A stretch of DNA of 64,000 bases, taken from contig JANQOZ010000106.1 of the NCBI GenBank assembly GCA_028285525.1, positions 18,822 through 82,821 of the forward strand, given 5' to 3'. Under the pieces are notes generated by a model. That model worked only from the letters and a program-made list of their open reading frames with translations, did no database searches and was not told the DNA's origin. Below, piece after piece: positions 1 to 11,430 of the stretch. Both the position numbers and the translations under genes were made by a program. This DNA comes from Lysobacterales bacterium. GTDB lineage: Bacteria; Pseudomonadota; Gammaproteobacteria; Xanthomonadales; SZUA-38. The first letter of the stretch is position 1; each line of letters starts with the position of its first letter.

Positions 1-1647
1 GCCGATGCCATCAACCTGACGACGGAGGGCGACGGCGCAGCCTCCGAAGGCGACTTTGATATCAGCTCCAGCATCACCATTGAAGGCGCCGGCATCGGCC
101 GGAGTATCATCACTGAGGGACCGGCCGCTTCCCTGCTCCGGGCTTTCGACGTGCATGAGGGCGGCAGCCTGACGCTGCAGGACCTGACCGTGACTGGCTT
201 CGGCACAAATAGTTTCATTTTTGGCGGCGGCGCTGTCCGGATGGATGCCGACGCCACGGCCTCTCTGACCCTTCGCCGGGTTCATCTGCTGGACAACCAG
301 GCGGCGTTCGGCGCCGCAATCTTCGCCGACGCGAACGACGACCCGGCCCCCTCGCCCCTGGTGCAGATTTTCGACTCGGTGATCGGAGCCAACGTCTCCA
401 GCACCACCTCGCCGAGTACCTGCACGGGCGGCGGCCTGTTTCTGCGGGCACCCGCGATAATCGAAACCACCGATATCATCGACAACAGCGGGACACGCGG
501 TGGGGGCATCTGCGTTCGGGATACCCGTGTTGAGCTGCGAACCGTGACCCTGTCCGGCAACACCTATGACGCCAGCCAGTCCGGCGGCGCACTTTATGCC
601 TCCGAAGCGGATGTCGAGATCAGCGGTTCCAGAATCATCAACAATGGGGCCACCACCGGGGTCGGCGGCGCAATCAGGGCAGCCGGGGGGACGCTGACGG
701 TCTCCAACACCCGGATCAGCAACAACGAATCGCGCGGCGCGGCGCTGTTCCTGGAAGAAGGGATCACCGGCGATTTTTCCGGCTGCACGATCGCAGACAA
801 CGCCTCTTTCCCCTTGGCCGCTTTCGGTGCGCTGCTCAATTTTGATCGTACCGACGTCACGGCAAACATCGGCCCGGGATTTGAACTTTTCGATACCTTT
901 GTAACCGGTGTTGGGCTCACCATGAGCGGGTTCACGCGCCGCCTCGGCGGCGCCATCTTCGGCGACAACAGCACGCTGGATCTCGAGCAGTGCGTGTTCC
1001 GGGACAATCGGGCCCAGAACGTCGACGGTGAGTTTTCCGGCGTGGGCGGCGCGATCTACCTGCAGGACGGCACCCTGCAATTTCGGGCGTGCACCCTGGC
1101 AGATAACCAGGCCGACGCTGAGGGCGGCGCCATCGCCCTCTCCGGGGGACTCCTGCTGGCGCTGGAGAACACCACGTTCAGCGACAATGCGGCTGTCGGC
1201 GTCAGCGCCATCCAGGCGGCAAACGTCATGACGGTGGTCGACTTCGACCACGTCACGATTACCTCAACCGATCCTGGCCCAAGCGTCCAGACGCTGAATG
1301 CTGATTCGCGCTTTCACAACAGCGCCATCGACGGCGGCTGCGAGCTCTTTTTCGGCGGGGGTTTGCCCATCTCGCTGGGTGGTAACGTGGTCACCGACGC
1401 GTCCTGCCAGGTGGATCCGATGAGTGATACGCTGGTGCTGGACCTTGGGCTGCAGCCGTTAGGTGACTTCGGCGGGCCGACGCCGGTGCATCTCCCCGCA
1501 CCCATCAGCCCCGTGCTTGGGGTAGCTTCGGACTGTCCGCTGTCGGTCGACCAGCGGGGTGAACCCCGCACTAGCCCGTGTGACGCCGGTGCAGTGGAAG
1601 TGCAGCCGACGGACGACGCCGTGTTTGCCGATGGTTTTGAGCTGTAG
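1..1647 (+). CDS. Secreted right-handed beta-helix repeat protein (Pmp / choice-of-anchor-Q-like); 5' end lies outside the window
   Basis: Frame 1 is open from base 1 (ADAINLTTEGDGAASEGDFDISSSITIEGAG...); the ORF track only starts it at 151. Repeated beta-helix rungs are present: GGGAVRM, GGGLFL, GGGICV, GGALYA, GGAIRA, GGAIFG, GGAIYL, GGAIAL. The protein ends ...VFADGFEL-stop. Confidence 0.75.
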   Translation, partial: ADAINLTTEGDGAASEGDFDISSSITIEGAGIGRSIITEGPAASLLRAFDVHEGGSLTLQDLTVTGFGTNSFIFGGGAVRMDADATASLTLRRVHLLDNQAAFGAAIFADANDDPAPSPLVQIFDSVIGANVSSTTSPSTCTGGGLFLRAPAIIETTDIIDNSGTRGGGICVRDTRVELRTVTLSGNTYDASQSGGALYASEADVEISGSRIINNGATTGVGGAIRAAGGTLTVSNTRISNNESRGAALFLEEGITGDFSGCTIADNASFPLAAFGALLNFDRTDVTANIGPGFELFDTFVTGVGLTMSGFTRRLGGAIFGDNSTLDLEQCVFRDNRAQNVDGEFSGVGGAIYLQDGTLQFRACTLADNQADAEGGAIALSGGLLLALENTTFSDNAAVGVSAIQAANVMTVVDFDHVTITSTDPGPSVQTLNADSRFHNSAIDGGCELFFGGGLPISLGGNVVTDASCQVDPMSDTLVLDLGLQPLGDFGGPTPVHLPAPISPVLGVASDCPLSVDQRGEPRTSPCDAGAVEVQPTDDAVFADGFEL

Positions 1648-1689
1648 TCTGCGGAGGAATTTTTTTGGAGTCGCCTCCGCCGCGGGTTT

Positions 1690-2928
1690 TCATGCCGACT
1701 TGGCTGCGGACTCCGGGCTCGAGTCGGCGCTGGAGATCAGGCCCGCGATGATGTCGTCGGCCCACACCATGCTGTTGAGATAGGCGCTGCGGATGGTCTC
1801 AAACGCCACCCCCTTCATCTGGGCCTGACCCACCTCGGCCCGCTCGTAGGCCCGGCAGCAGCCCAGGGCTTCGCCGCAGGGCCCAACGCCGTCCTGCAGC
1901 GCGGCGCGAAAATCGGCGGTGAGCGGCAGCGACTCCAGCACCTCGTCCATCGGCACCTGCAGCATGACGTCCAGATGGGAAAAGAGGCCCACCGTAAAAA
2001 AGCGCGCGCCGTCGGTGTCGCCGATGGCTTCCCCGATCAGCTCGCACATCCGCGCTCGCTGCAGGGCAACTCGCAGGAGCTCAGGCGGATGGGAACGCAC
2101 GCCGGCGAGGGTCAGCAGGGACGCCCAGCGGCGCACCTCGACCAGGCCCATCATCACCAGCGCCTGGCGGATGGAGCCGATTTTATTGGCCCGCGCAAAG
2201 AAGCTGGAGTTGATGTAGCGCAGCAGCCGATAGGACAGACCGACATCCCGCTGAATGAGCTTTTCGATTTCGTCGAGTTCAGCGTCCGGGTCGCTCAGCT
2301 CGTTGAGCAGCTGCAGACCGGTGGCCAGACCGGCCGGAACGCTTCGGCCGGACATCATCTGGGGTCGTGAAAGAAAGTACCCCTGGAAGTAGTCGAACCC
2401 CATTGTCTGGCACATCTCAAAATGCGCCACGGTCTCCACCTTTTCAGCGAGAAGCGCTTTCCCCAATCCGCGCAGATGATCGACGTGCTCTTCGAGCCGC
2501 TCGGCTGACAGGCTCATAACGTCGAGCTTGACGGTCTGAGCGTAGGGCAGCAGCCGCTCGGTGGACAATCCGAGCTCAAAATCGTCCAGCGCAATGTGGA
2601 AACCCTGGCTCGCGAGGCGCTTAACGCCGTCGATGACCGCCTCGTCAACCTCAACGGTCTCCAGCACCTCCAGGATCACCTGATCCTTGTTCAGCGGCAG
2701 GGTGTATTCGCCGGTGAGGAAGGGCCGGGTCATGTTGATCAGCACCGGCCGGCCGGCGCTGACCGCCTCAAAATCCAGGTCCACCAAAGCACTCATCATG
2801 ACCCGGGCGGTGGCCCGGTCTTCCTCAAACTGATCGTCTTCGTCCATGGGCCGAAACAGAAGCTCGGAGGCGACGACCAGGCGGTTGGTGTCGTAGATGG
2901 GCTGACGGGCGACAAAAATATTGCTCAC
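1690..2928 (-). CDS. EAL + HDOD domain signalling protein (c-di-GMP phosphodiesterase-like)
   Basis: 412-aa ORF. The N-terminus FVARQPIYDTNRLVVASELLFRP and later DDFELG, KLD and DYFQGYF match EAL-domain signatures. The C-terminal half (LIQRDVGLSYRLLRYINSSFF...IRQALVMMG) matches HDOD. Confidence 0.85.
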   Translation of the reverse strand: MSNIFVARQPIYDTNRLVVASELLFRPMDEDDQFEEDRATARVMMSALVDLDFEAVSAGRPVLINMTRPFLTGEYTLPLNKDQVILEVLETVEVDEAVIDGVKRLASQGFHIALDDFELGLSTERLLPYAQTVKLDVMSLSAERLEEHVDHLRGLGKALLAEKVETVAHFEMCQTMGFDYFQGYFLSRPQMMSGRSVPAGLATGLQLLNELSDPDAELDEIEKLIQRDVGLSYRLLRYINSSFFARANKIGSIRQALVMMGLVEVRRWASLLTLAGVRSHPPELLRVALQRARMCELIGEAIGDTDGARFFTVGLFSHLDVMLQVPMDEVLESLPLTADFRAALQDGVGPCGEALGCCRAYERAEVGQAQMKGVAFETIRSAYLNSMVWADDIIAGLISSADSSPESAAKSA

Positions 2929-3087
2929 GGTTGGGTCTCGGCTGGCGTTCGAATCGTCAGGAATAGATCGGCAGCTGAGGCCAACTCTTTAGCGCTTAGG
3001 CCAGGATCGGACAGCGCCGGTGCGTTGCCGGTGGCCCCGCCTGATCCGGTTCAGCGTATGCCTTTATGAGCCAGGAGGAAATGGCCC

Positions 3088-5379
3088 ATGAATGGACACA
3101 CGCAATCGCCGCCTTGGATCCCCGCGGTCGTCATGCTTTACGCGCTCGCGATCCCCTTGCTGCCGCTCGATCCAGCCGCAGCCCAGGGGCTGATCGACCT
3201 CACCGGCGCAAGCGGGGCCAACCGCGTACAGTTCAGCAATACCAGCACCAGCGCCGACCGTCTGGGACAGTCCGTTAGCGGCACCGGCGACATCAACGGC
3301 GACGGTTTTGATGACGTTATCTTCGGAGCTCCGCAGGCTGACGGCGGGTTGGGTGAGGTTTACGTCCTCTTCGGCAGCGCGACGCCTGTCGCTGCGCTCG
3401 CCACGGCGGATCTCGACGGCAGCAACGGCTTTCGAATTTCCAACGGAACCCTGGAGTTCAGTCTGGAGCTGGGCCTTGCGGTGACCGGTGGCGCCGACCT
3501 GACCGGCGACGGTCGCGACGATCTGGCCTTCTCGACCGACAACAACACCAACGGCAGTGTCTACGTGCTGCCCGGCCAGGTGGGCGCCTTTCCGGCGAGC
3601 GTTACGCTCGGGCCGACGCTGCCGACCGGGATTCGACAGCTGATCACACCTTTTACGAACGAGAACATCAGCGCCCTCGCCATTGCCGGAGACGTCAATA
3701 ACAACAACGTCGGTGATCTCCTGATCGGCAGCCAGGACGCTAGCGGTGGGAACAATACAGGCCAGGGCTATCTCGCTTTTGGCCCGGTGGCCAATGGTCT
3801 CAATCTCGGTTCGCTGAACGGGCTCAACGGCTTTGAAATTCCCGGGTTCCGGTTCGGTGATCGCTTAGGGAGCACCGTTGCTGCCGCCGGCAACTTCAAC
3901 AACGACAATTTCGACGATCTGATCCTCGGTGCACCCGGCGACGCCACTACCTCCGAGGACGCCGCTTATCTCCTCTATGGGTTCAGTGACAGCACCGTGA
4001 GCTCCCGCGGCCTGAACTTCTCGTTTGGCGACGAGGGCGGCTTTGCGATGCGGGCCAACGCCGCTGACGAGGCGAATGCCGGCGTCGTGGGCACGGCCGG
4101 TGACCTGAACGGCGATGGCTTTGACGATCTATTTATCGGTTCACCGGGCCCCACAAACGCCGGGGTCTACGTTGTTTTTGGGCAGGCGGCCGACTACCCG
4201 CCGGCTCTGGACCTGGCCAGCCTCGACGGCGGCAATGGTTTTCGCATCAACGATGTCGCCATCCTGGGGCAGCTGGGAGAAGCTATCAGCGCCATCGGGG
4301 ACATCAATGGTGATGGGTTCGACGATCTCGCGATCGGAGATCCGAGTCGCGGCCCCGGTGACCTGACTGTCCCGGGGGTTGTTTATGTAGTCTTCGGCGC
4401 CGCCACGTTCCCTGCGGTTCTCGAATTGACAGACCTTGCCGGGAGCAACGGATTTGTCCTCGAGGGGCCCGCCGGGAACCAGCGACTCGGCGCCGCGCTG
4501 GCTGGCGCTGGAGATTTCAACGACGACGGGCTGGATGATCTGGTGATCGGCGCGCCGCAGGACGGCGGCGGCCGGGGCTTTGTGCTGCTAGGCAATTCAG
4601 CACCGCAAAGCCTCGAGCCCGCCCTGGCCCTGGCGCCCACGCTCGAGGATTCCACGTCGGACGAGATCTTGGTTGGTGATCTGCTGGGCCCGGTCTATGT
4701 CGACACAGAGCCGCTGGCCGGCGTTGCGGTGATCGACAATCCGTTCAGTCCGTTCCAGGGCAGCTGGCAGTTCAACACCGGCGGCCCGTGGTTTCCGTTG
4801 GCCACCGGCCAAAGCGAAGGCAGCGCAACGGTTGTCCTGGCAGCATCTCGCATTCGCTACGTTCCGGCACCGAATTTTGCCGGCGGCCCGGTCCGCCTGC
4901 AGGTGCGGTTGTGGGACGGCAACTGGGGCATAGGTGGTGATAATCGGGACATCCGCGATGCGATCAATGCACTGGGCGGCTTCGGCGATGTTGTATCGCT
5001 CGAGATCAGCGTGACGCCCGTTAACGACCGCCCCATGCTGCTGATCTCCGATCCGCCGCCAGTGGTTGCCGGCGAAGCCCCTCAGGTCCTGCCGGGCTTC
5101 GCGTCGTTTAACCCGGGCGGCGGCGAGACGGACCAGACGGCAACCTACCGCTTTGTGTCGTTGACCAATCCGCAGCTTTTTCTCGATCTACCCAGCCTCA
5201 ACAGCAACGGTGACCTGACCTATACCCCCAATGCAGGCAGCGGCGGCACGTCCGAGGTGCAGTTTGTGGTGGAAGACTCCGGCGGCACGGCCAACGGCGG
5301 CCAAAACACCTCACAACCGGTCACCGTTACGTTCACCATTTTGGATACGCAGCTGTTTGCCGACGGATTCGAGGACTGA
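3088..5379 (+). CDS. Secreted FG-GAP (integrin-alpha-like) seven-repeat propeller protein with a C-terminal cadherin/VCBS-like region
   Basis: AGGAGG lies upstream of the ATG, followed by a signal-peptide-like N-terminus. There are seven copies of the GD[IFV]N.DG.DD[LV].[IF]G.P calcium-binding FG-GAP motif. VTPVNDRPML is typical of cadherin-like Ig domains. The protein ends LFADGFED-stop. Confidence 0.85.
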   Translation: MNGHTQSPPWIPAVVMLYALAIPLLPLDPAAAQGLIDLTGASGANRVQFSNTSTSADRLGQSVSGTGDINGDGFDDVIFGAPQADGGLGEVYVLFGSATPVAALATADLDGSNGFRISNGTLEFSLELGLAVTGGADLTGDGRDDLAFSTDNNTNGSVYVLPGQVGAFPASVTLGPTLPTGIRQLITPFTNENISALAIAGDVNNNNVGDLLIGSQDASGGNNTGQGYLAFGPVANGLNLGSLNGLNGFEIPGFRFGDRLGSTVAAAGNFNNDNFDDLILGAPGDATTSEDAAYLLYGFSDSTVSSRGLNFSFGDEGGFAMRANAADEANAGVVGTAGDLNGDGFDDLFIGSPGPTNAGVYVVFGQAADYPPALDLASLDGGNGFRINDVAILGQLGEAISAIGDINGDGFDDLAIGDPSRGPGDLTVPGVVYVVFGAATFPAVLELTDLAGSNGFVLEGPAGNQRLGAALAGAGDFNDDGLDDLVIGAPQDGGGRGFVLLGNSAPQSLEPALALAPTLEDSTSDEILVGDLLGPVYVDTEPLAGVAVIDNPFSPFQGSWQFNTGGPWFPLATGQSEGSATVVLAASRIRYVPAPNFAGGPVRLQVRLWDGNWGIGGDNRDIRDAINALGGFGDVVSLEISVTPVNDRPMLLISDPPPVVAGEAPQVLPGFASFNPGGGETDQTATYRFVSLTNPQLFLDLPSLNSNGDLTYTPNAGSGGTSEVQFVVEDSGGTANGGQNTSQPVTVTFTILDTQLFADGFED

Positions 5380-5433
5380 TCGTCGAAGTAGCAAAACACT
5401 CGCGTACACGCTCATTCAACGGGAGGAAATGAC

Positions 5434-6381
5434 ATGACGCATCTCAAACAGTTTTTGGCATTGATCTGCCTGTCGGCCGGGGCTGTTCACGCAGCGGAGC
5501 TGCGCGATCAGCATTTCAATCCCCGGCCGATGAGCACCTCACCCTTGAGTGAGGGTTATAACGTTGCCCAGACATTCACCGTGGGATTGAGCGGGGACCT
5601 GGTCCAGATCGACCTCGCCCTGGACTGCAAATCTGGCGGCGACGTGTTTCTGTCTCTTTATTCCCAGAATCCACCGGGAAGCAGCGATCAGTGGCAACTG
5701 GTCCACGCTGTGACGCGGCGGGCTGCAAGCTTTCCGGAAAACGGTGGTGCCTGGCCGGACTATCAGGGCGTCCGCGTACCGGCAACGCCGGTGCTGGCCG
5801 GAGATCACCTGATGTGGGTGCTAGAGCATTCCGGCGACGGCTGCCGGTATGGTTTTGCGCCTGTGGGACGCTATCCAGACGGGAAAATGGGGACCTTTGT
5901 TGGCGGTAACCTGCTCGAATTTGCCGACACCGGCTACGACATGGCGTTTGCGACCTATGTTTCGGTCCCGGACGACAATACGCTCTGCCGCTTCGATCTC
6001 TACGGCCGGCCGAGCGGCAGAATTCCCGCGTGGGTACCGGTCTGCGGTTGTCTGAGCGACATCGACGCCAACGCGTTGCAGTGCCGCTTCGACCTGCCAG
6101 AGCTGGTGCTGTTTCGCGAGATTCCGCTCTTTGAGAACGTTGGCGAGATCGAGTTCTCGGTTGTGCCGCTGATTGAGCTGGAATCCCTGAAACTCGATCA
6201 GTGGGCCGCCGACGGCCTGTTCGAAGCGCCGACGGACGCACGCTTTGAGCTGCCGCGCATGGAGGCCGAGTCATGGCAAACGCCGTTCAGCTCGGAATCG
6301 GTGGGCCCGATCCATTTCCGGATCGACACGGGCGAAGCTAGCTACCAGTTTCAGATTCCGTCAAATTTTCCGGACGAGTGA
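5434..6381 (+). CDS. Hypothetical secreted protein
   Basis: 315-aa ORF with a classical signal peptide (MTHLKQFLALICLSAGAVHAAE), co-directional with the FG-GAP gene 55 nt upstream. No recognisable catalytic motif. Confidence 0.6.
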   Translation: MTHLKQFLALICLSAGAVHAAELRDQHFNPRPMSTSPLSEGYNVAQTFTVGLSGDLVQIDLALDCKSGGDVFLSLYSQNPPGSSDQWQLVHAVTRRAASFPENGGAWPDYQGVRVPATPVLAGDHLMWVLEHSGDGCRYGFAPVGRYPDGKMGTFVGGNLLEFADTGYDMAFATYVSVPDDNTLCRFDLYGRPSGRIPAWVPVCGCLSDIDANALQCRFDLPELVLFREIPLFENVGEIEFSVVPLIELESLKLDQWAADGLFEAPTDARFELPRMEAESWQTPFSSESVGPIHFRIDTGEASYQFQIPSNFPDE

Positions 6382-6398
6382 GCACGAAACTGACGTGG

Positions 6399-7367
6399 CT
6401 ATTGACCAGCGCCAGTGGCGTTGAAGGCAACCTGTTTTGCCAGTTCCGGAACGTCGTCTACGTCGATGGCCCAGACCTGCAGTATGCCTTGAGCTTGACC
6501 ACGGAGGGGCCGGTCCGAGGTAAAGACCAGCGTGCGACCGTCTGGCGTCAGCCGCGCCGAAAAATCTTCGTAGCCGGAGTTCACCGTTTCTCCGAGGTTG
6601 GCGGGCTTACTCCACTGGTCGCCGGTACGCGTTGAGGCAAAGATATCGGTGCCCCCTGAGCCACCCCGATCGCTGTAGTTCACCAGCATGAGCTGGCCGT
6701 CAGGGCTGACCCAGGCGCCGGCGTCGTTCCCAGGCGAATTGATCGGCGCCGGTAATGGCTCTGGCTTGAGAAAGCCGCCGGCCCCGTCTGCTCGGGCCAC
6801 GTAGACATCTCGATCGCCGACGCCGTCGAGCCTCTCGGTCCAGAAATAGAGGTCGCCGTCCTCCGTGAGTGACGGCGCGGTCTCGTTATTCACATACCGT
6901 AGCGTCCGGACCTTGCCGCCGCGGATTCGATTGATGTCAGGTTCATCCAGCGGCACTGGCTTCGCGCCGGGGTCGTTCAGCTCAAGCGTGTAGAGGTCAA
7001 AGTCTGTGTCGACGTCTTTGCCGCGATGGCGTTCGCGGGGGACCGCACAGGAGAACAGCAGCAGCGAGCCGTCCGGAGAAACTGAAGGCCAGTCAGCCCG
7101 GCCAAGCCGAGGTAGCTTGACCGGTTCGGGAGTGGACCAGCCGGCAGGCCCAAAGGTGGACGTCTTGAGCGTTTGCGGACATTCCCAAATTGGGCTGCAC
7201 TCGGACTGGGCGAAGTAGATCGTTCTCCCGTCGGGCGTAAAGGCGGGCGTCAGCGTGATGCGGCCATCTTGACCCAGCGCTTTTGGCGCGAACCGCTGGG
7301 GTTGCTGAGCGAGAACGGCCGGCGCGAGCAGCAGCACCAGGAGTCCGGCTGAAGAGTTCTTTTTCAT
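6399..7367 (-). CDS. Periplasmic TolB-like PD40 (WD40-like) beta-propeller repeat protein
   Basis: Signal peptide MKKNSSAGLLVLLLAPAVLAQ. Repeated PD40 signatures: TPDGRTIYFA, SPDGSLLLFS, TEDGDLYFW, SPDGQLMLV, TPDGRTLVFTSDR. Confidence 0.75.
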   Translation of the reverse strand: MKKNSSAGLLVLLLAPAVLAQQPQRFAPKALGQDGRITLTPAFTPDGRTIYFAQSECSPIWECPQTLKTSTFGPAGWSTPEPVKLPRLGRADWPSVSPDGSLLLFSCAVPRERHRGKDVDTDFDLYTLELNDPGAKPVPLDEPDINRIRGGKVRTLRYVNNETAPSLTEDGDLYFWTERLDGVGDRDVYVARADGAGGFLKPEPLPAPINSPGNDAGAWVSPDGQLMLVNYSDRGGSGGTDIFASTRTGDQWSKPANLGETVNSGYEDFSARLTPDGRTLVFTSDRPLRGQAQGILQVWAIDVDDVPELAKQVAFNATGAGQ

Positions 7368-7430
7368 GTCGACGCGTTTCCAGTATTTGAGCAGCGCTGT
7401 AGTTTAGATAGGCCCACTACGCCATAAGCG

Positions 7431-7462
7431 TCGTTTTTCGATGTACAACCGCCGAAAAACGA
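7431..7462. promoter_or_regulatory. 10-bp perfect inverted repeat in the divergent promoter region upstream of the Lrp/AsnC gene (candidate operator)
   Basis: tcgtttttcg (7431-7440) and cgaaaaacga (7453-7462) are exact reverse complements separated by 12 nt. They lie in the 129-nt gap between divergent genes 6399-7367(-) and 7497-7955(+). Confidence 0.35.
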
Positions 7463-7496
7463 TCTAGTTTGGCGATCCGATGACGGAAAAGTAACT

Positions 7497-7955
7497 ATGG
7501 ACCTCGATCGCCACGATCAGCGACTGCTGGCGCTGCTGCAACGCAATAACCAGCAGACCTACCAGAAGCTCGGAGAGCAGCTCGGACTTTCCGACACGGC
7601 GGTTCGACGCCGGGTACAGCGGCTCCGACAATCCGGCGTCATTACGGCGGACGTGTCGCTGCTGGATCCGGACCGGCTGGGCGTCACCGTGATCGTGTCG
7701 GTTCGCTTTGAGAAGGAAAGCCACGATACATACGCGGCCTTCAAAAAGCAGATGGGTGCCTCAAGTCCGGTCAGCCAGTGCTATACCGTTTCTGGTGAGG
7801 TGGACTTCATGCTGATCGCTCACTTCCCCGACCTGGCGGCATACGACCTCTGGGTTGGCGACCATATTCTCAACAACCCGGCGATCGCCCGCTCGACCAC
7901 CAACGTGGTGTACACGCGGGTCAAATTCGAGACGGCAATTCCCTTGGGAGAATGA
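7497..7955 (+). CDS. Lrp/AsnC family transcriptional regulator
   Basis: 152 aa. The N-terminal HTH (LDRHDQRLLALLQRNNQQTYQKLGEQLGLSDTAVRRRVQRL) and the C-terminal RAM/AsnC_trans_reg region (VSVRFEKES...VSGEVDFMLI) are family-typical. Confidence 0.9.
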   Translation: MDLDRHDQRLLALLQRNNQQTYQKLGEQLGLSDTAVRRRVQRLRQSGVITADVSLLDPDRLGVTVIVSVRFEKESHDTYAAFKKQMGASSPVSQCYTVSGEVDFMLIAHFPDLAAYDLWVGDHILNNPAIARSTTNVVYTRVKFETAIPLGE

Positions 7956-7970
7956 TCCGGCGCAAGGCGA

Positions 7971-9182
7971 TCAGGGCAACTCGAAGCCGTCGCTGAACAC
8001 CGGATCTGGCAGCGGCGCCTGACAGCTGCTCGCACTCTCAAACCGGAGCACGCTGCTGCCCTGCAGGAGATACAGCTCGCCGTCTTCGTCTTCGCCGAAG
8101 CCGTAGATGCTGCCCGGTAGATTGTCGAACTCGCTGGCGCTCCAATTGCCCGGGCTGTCCTCGGTGCCGAAAAATACCCGCGCGGTGCAGAAGTCGCCGT
8201 ACACGTACGTGCCCTGTAGTCCCTCGATGCAGCCCCGGTAGCGGTAGCCGCCGGTGATTGAGCAGTTGCCGGCGACGTGGGGATACGTGAGGATCGGTTC
8301 GACGAAGCTGCCCGAGCAGCCGCCCGGCCCCGGGATGTCGCCCTCGCGGCAGTTCCAGCCATAGTTGGCGCCGCCTGGGTCACCGGCTGACTGAAAGGAG
8401 ACCTCTTCGCGGGAGCCGGCGCCGACGTCCGCCAGAAACAGGTCACCGGTGTCGCGGTCGAAGCTGAAGCGGTAAGGGTTGCGCAGACCGCTGGCCCAGA
8501 TTTCGTCTGGCTCTGACGTGCCGACGTTCGGATTGCCCGGTGGAATGGTGTAGGGCTCGGTGCAGCTGCCGGTGTCGCACGGATCGATCCGTAGCACCTT
8601 TCCCTGCAGATCCTGTTCGTCCTGGGACGTCGACGAGGTGGCGCCACCGTCGCCGAACGCAATGTAGAGGAATCCATCCGGACCGAAGTGCAGGTCACCA
8701 CCGTTGTGGTTGCCGGCGGCCTGCGCCTGCGTGAGGATCACAACCCGGCTCGAGAGATCGGCAGCATCCGGGTCGGAGGGTGACACGCTGAACCGCTCGA
8801 TCACCGATTCAAGCGGGTTCGGGCCGGAGCCGTCCCGGGTGTAATTGACGTAGAAGAAGCCATTGCTGGCGAAGTTCGGGTGAAACGCCAGCCCAAGCAG
8901 GCCGCCCTCAAAAAACGTGTCGACGTCGCTGGTGATATCGAGGAATGGGGAGCTGGCAAGCCCGGCGTCTTCCCGATAAATCCGGATAAGCCCATTGCGC
9001 TCGACGATGAACAGGCGCCCGGACCCGTCGCCGGCATGGCGCAGCGCGAGCGGTGTGGAAACGCTGATGTTGAGTGAGTTGAGCGTGAGATCCGCCGGTG
9101 GTGTACCCGCGTATCCCGCAGCGTGCACCAGGATCATTAACAGGCCTAAGAACGCAGTCCCGAACGTCAAAGAAAAGCGCAT
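7971..9182 (-). CDS. Secreted PQQ-dependent sugar (glucose/sorbosone) dehydrogenase-like beta-propeller
   Basis: Signal peptide is present. Family motifs: GLLGLAFHPNF, FFYVNYT, HNGGDLHFGPDGFLYIAFGDGG, GKVLRIDP, IWASGLRNPYRFSFDRDTGDLFLADVG. The protein ends VFSDGFELP-stop. Confidence 0.85.
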   Translation of the reverse strand: MRFSLTFGTAFLGLLMILVHAAGYAGTPPADLTLNSLNISVSTPLALRHAGDGSGRLFIVERNGLIRIYREDAGLASSPFLDITSDVDTFFEGGLLGLAFHPNFASNGFFYVNYTRDGSGPNPLESVIERFSVSPSDPDAADLSSRVVILTQAQAAGNHNGGDLHFGPDGFLYIAFGDGGATSSTSQDEQDLQGKVLRIDPCDTGSCTEPYTIPPGNPNVGTSEPDEIWASGLRNPYRFSFDRDTGDLFLADVGAGSREEVSFQSAGDPGGANYGWNCREGDIPGPGGCSGSFVEPILTYPHVAGNCSITGGYRYRGCIEGLQGTYVYGDFCTARVFFGTEDSPGNWSASEFDNLPGSIYGFGEDEDGELYLLQGSSVLRFESASSCQAPLPDPVFSDGFELP

Positions 9183-9660
9183 AAGGTGTCTCCCACATCA
9201 CCTGCAAGCACTATAGCAATCCGGGCATACATAAACGTGAACTGGGTCAGCGACACGCGGAATCAGCGCAGCCGTCATTCAGAAGGTTGGCATCAATGGC
9301 TGAACCGATCTCCGTAGTTTGCGGGCCTAACGCGGAGGGATGGACGTGGTCTGGCGCGGAAGGGATGAAACGAGGCCTGGGTTAAGTCAAGAATGACCCA
9401 CGAGGTACAACTGGAGTTGACCTCCTCAAAAGATTGCCGAAGACGGCTCATAGATGAGCTCAGCTCAACTGAGTGTGGTGATTGATACGCCTCGACGCGG
9501 TTGTTTAAGCTCCTGAAAACCCGCACTTTTTATTTGGAGCAGAAACCGGGCGTTGACGGTGGTAAGCGCAAAAACGCCATGTTATGATTGCGCGCCTTTG
9601 AGCGCGGCCGCGAGGCAAGCTTGCGGACAGCGCCCGGAGTCAGAGGCTGGTTATGAGCCG

Positions 9661-11005
<1,345 letters not shown>

Positions 11006-11016
11006 GGAATCAATAA

Positions 11017-11367
<351 letters not shown>

Positions 11368-11430
11368 GCAGTTTTGCGGTTCCGGGGTTACTAACGCCCC
11401 GGAAGTACCCAAGGTGACAGGAGAAATCCG

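Noticed and set aside
1651-1680. Hairpin gcggagg...cctccgc between the convergent beta-helix and EAL-HDOD genes as a terminator
   Set aside because: It has only a 7-bp stem with a 16-nt loop. The T-run is inside the loop rather than after the stem. It is too weak to call.
5576-6274. 232-aa Arg/Pro/Ser-rich minus-strand ORF inside the 5434-6381 gene
   Set aside because: Its composition is extreme for Arg, Pro and Ser. The plus-strand ORF has a proper signal peptide and normal composition.
7820-8701. 293-aa Ala/Arg/Ser/Thr-rich ORF in another minus-strand frame of the PQQ-dehydrogenase gene
   Set aside because: This is an out-of-frame overlap with a gene that has clear family motifs. Its composition is typical of an off-frame GC-rich reading.
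9340-9400. Stretch ggtctggcgcggaagggatgaaacgaggcc superficially resembling the SRP (4.5S) RNA domain IV GGAA region
   Set aside because: The flanking bases do not form the conserved symmetric/asymmetric loop helix, and the GGAA is not closed by complementary pairs. It is not an SRP RNA.
9183-9660. Possible oriC, because atp operons often lie near the origin
   Set aside because: I found no TTATCCACA/TGTGGATAA DnaA boxes and no AT-rich 13-mer cluster. The usual gidAB/parAB neighbours are absent.
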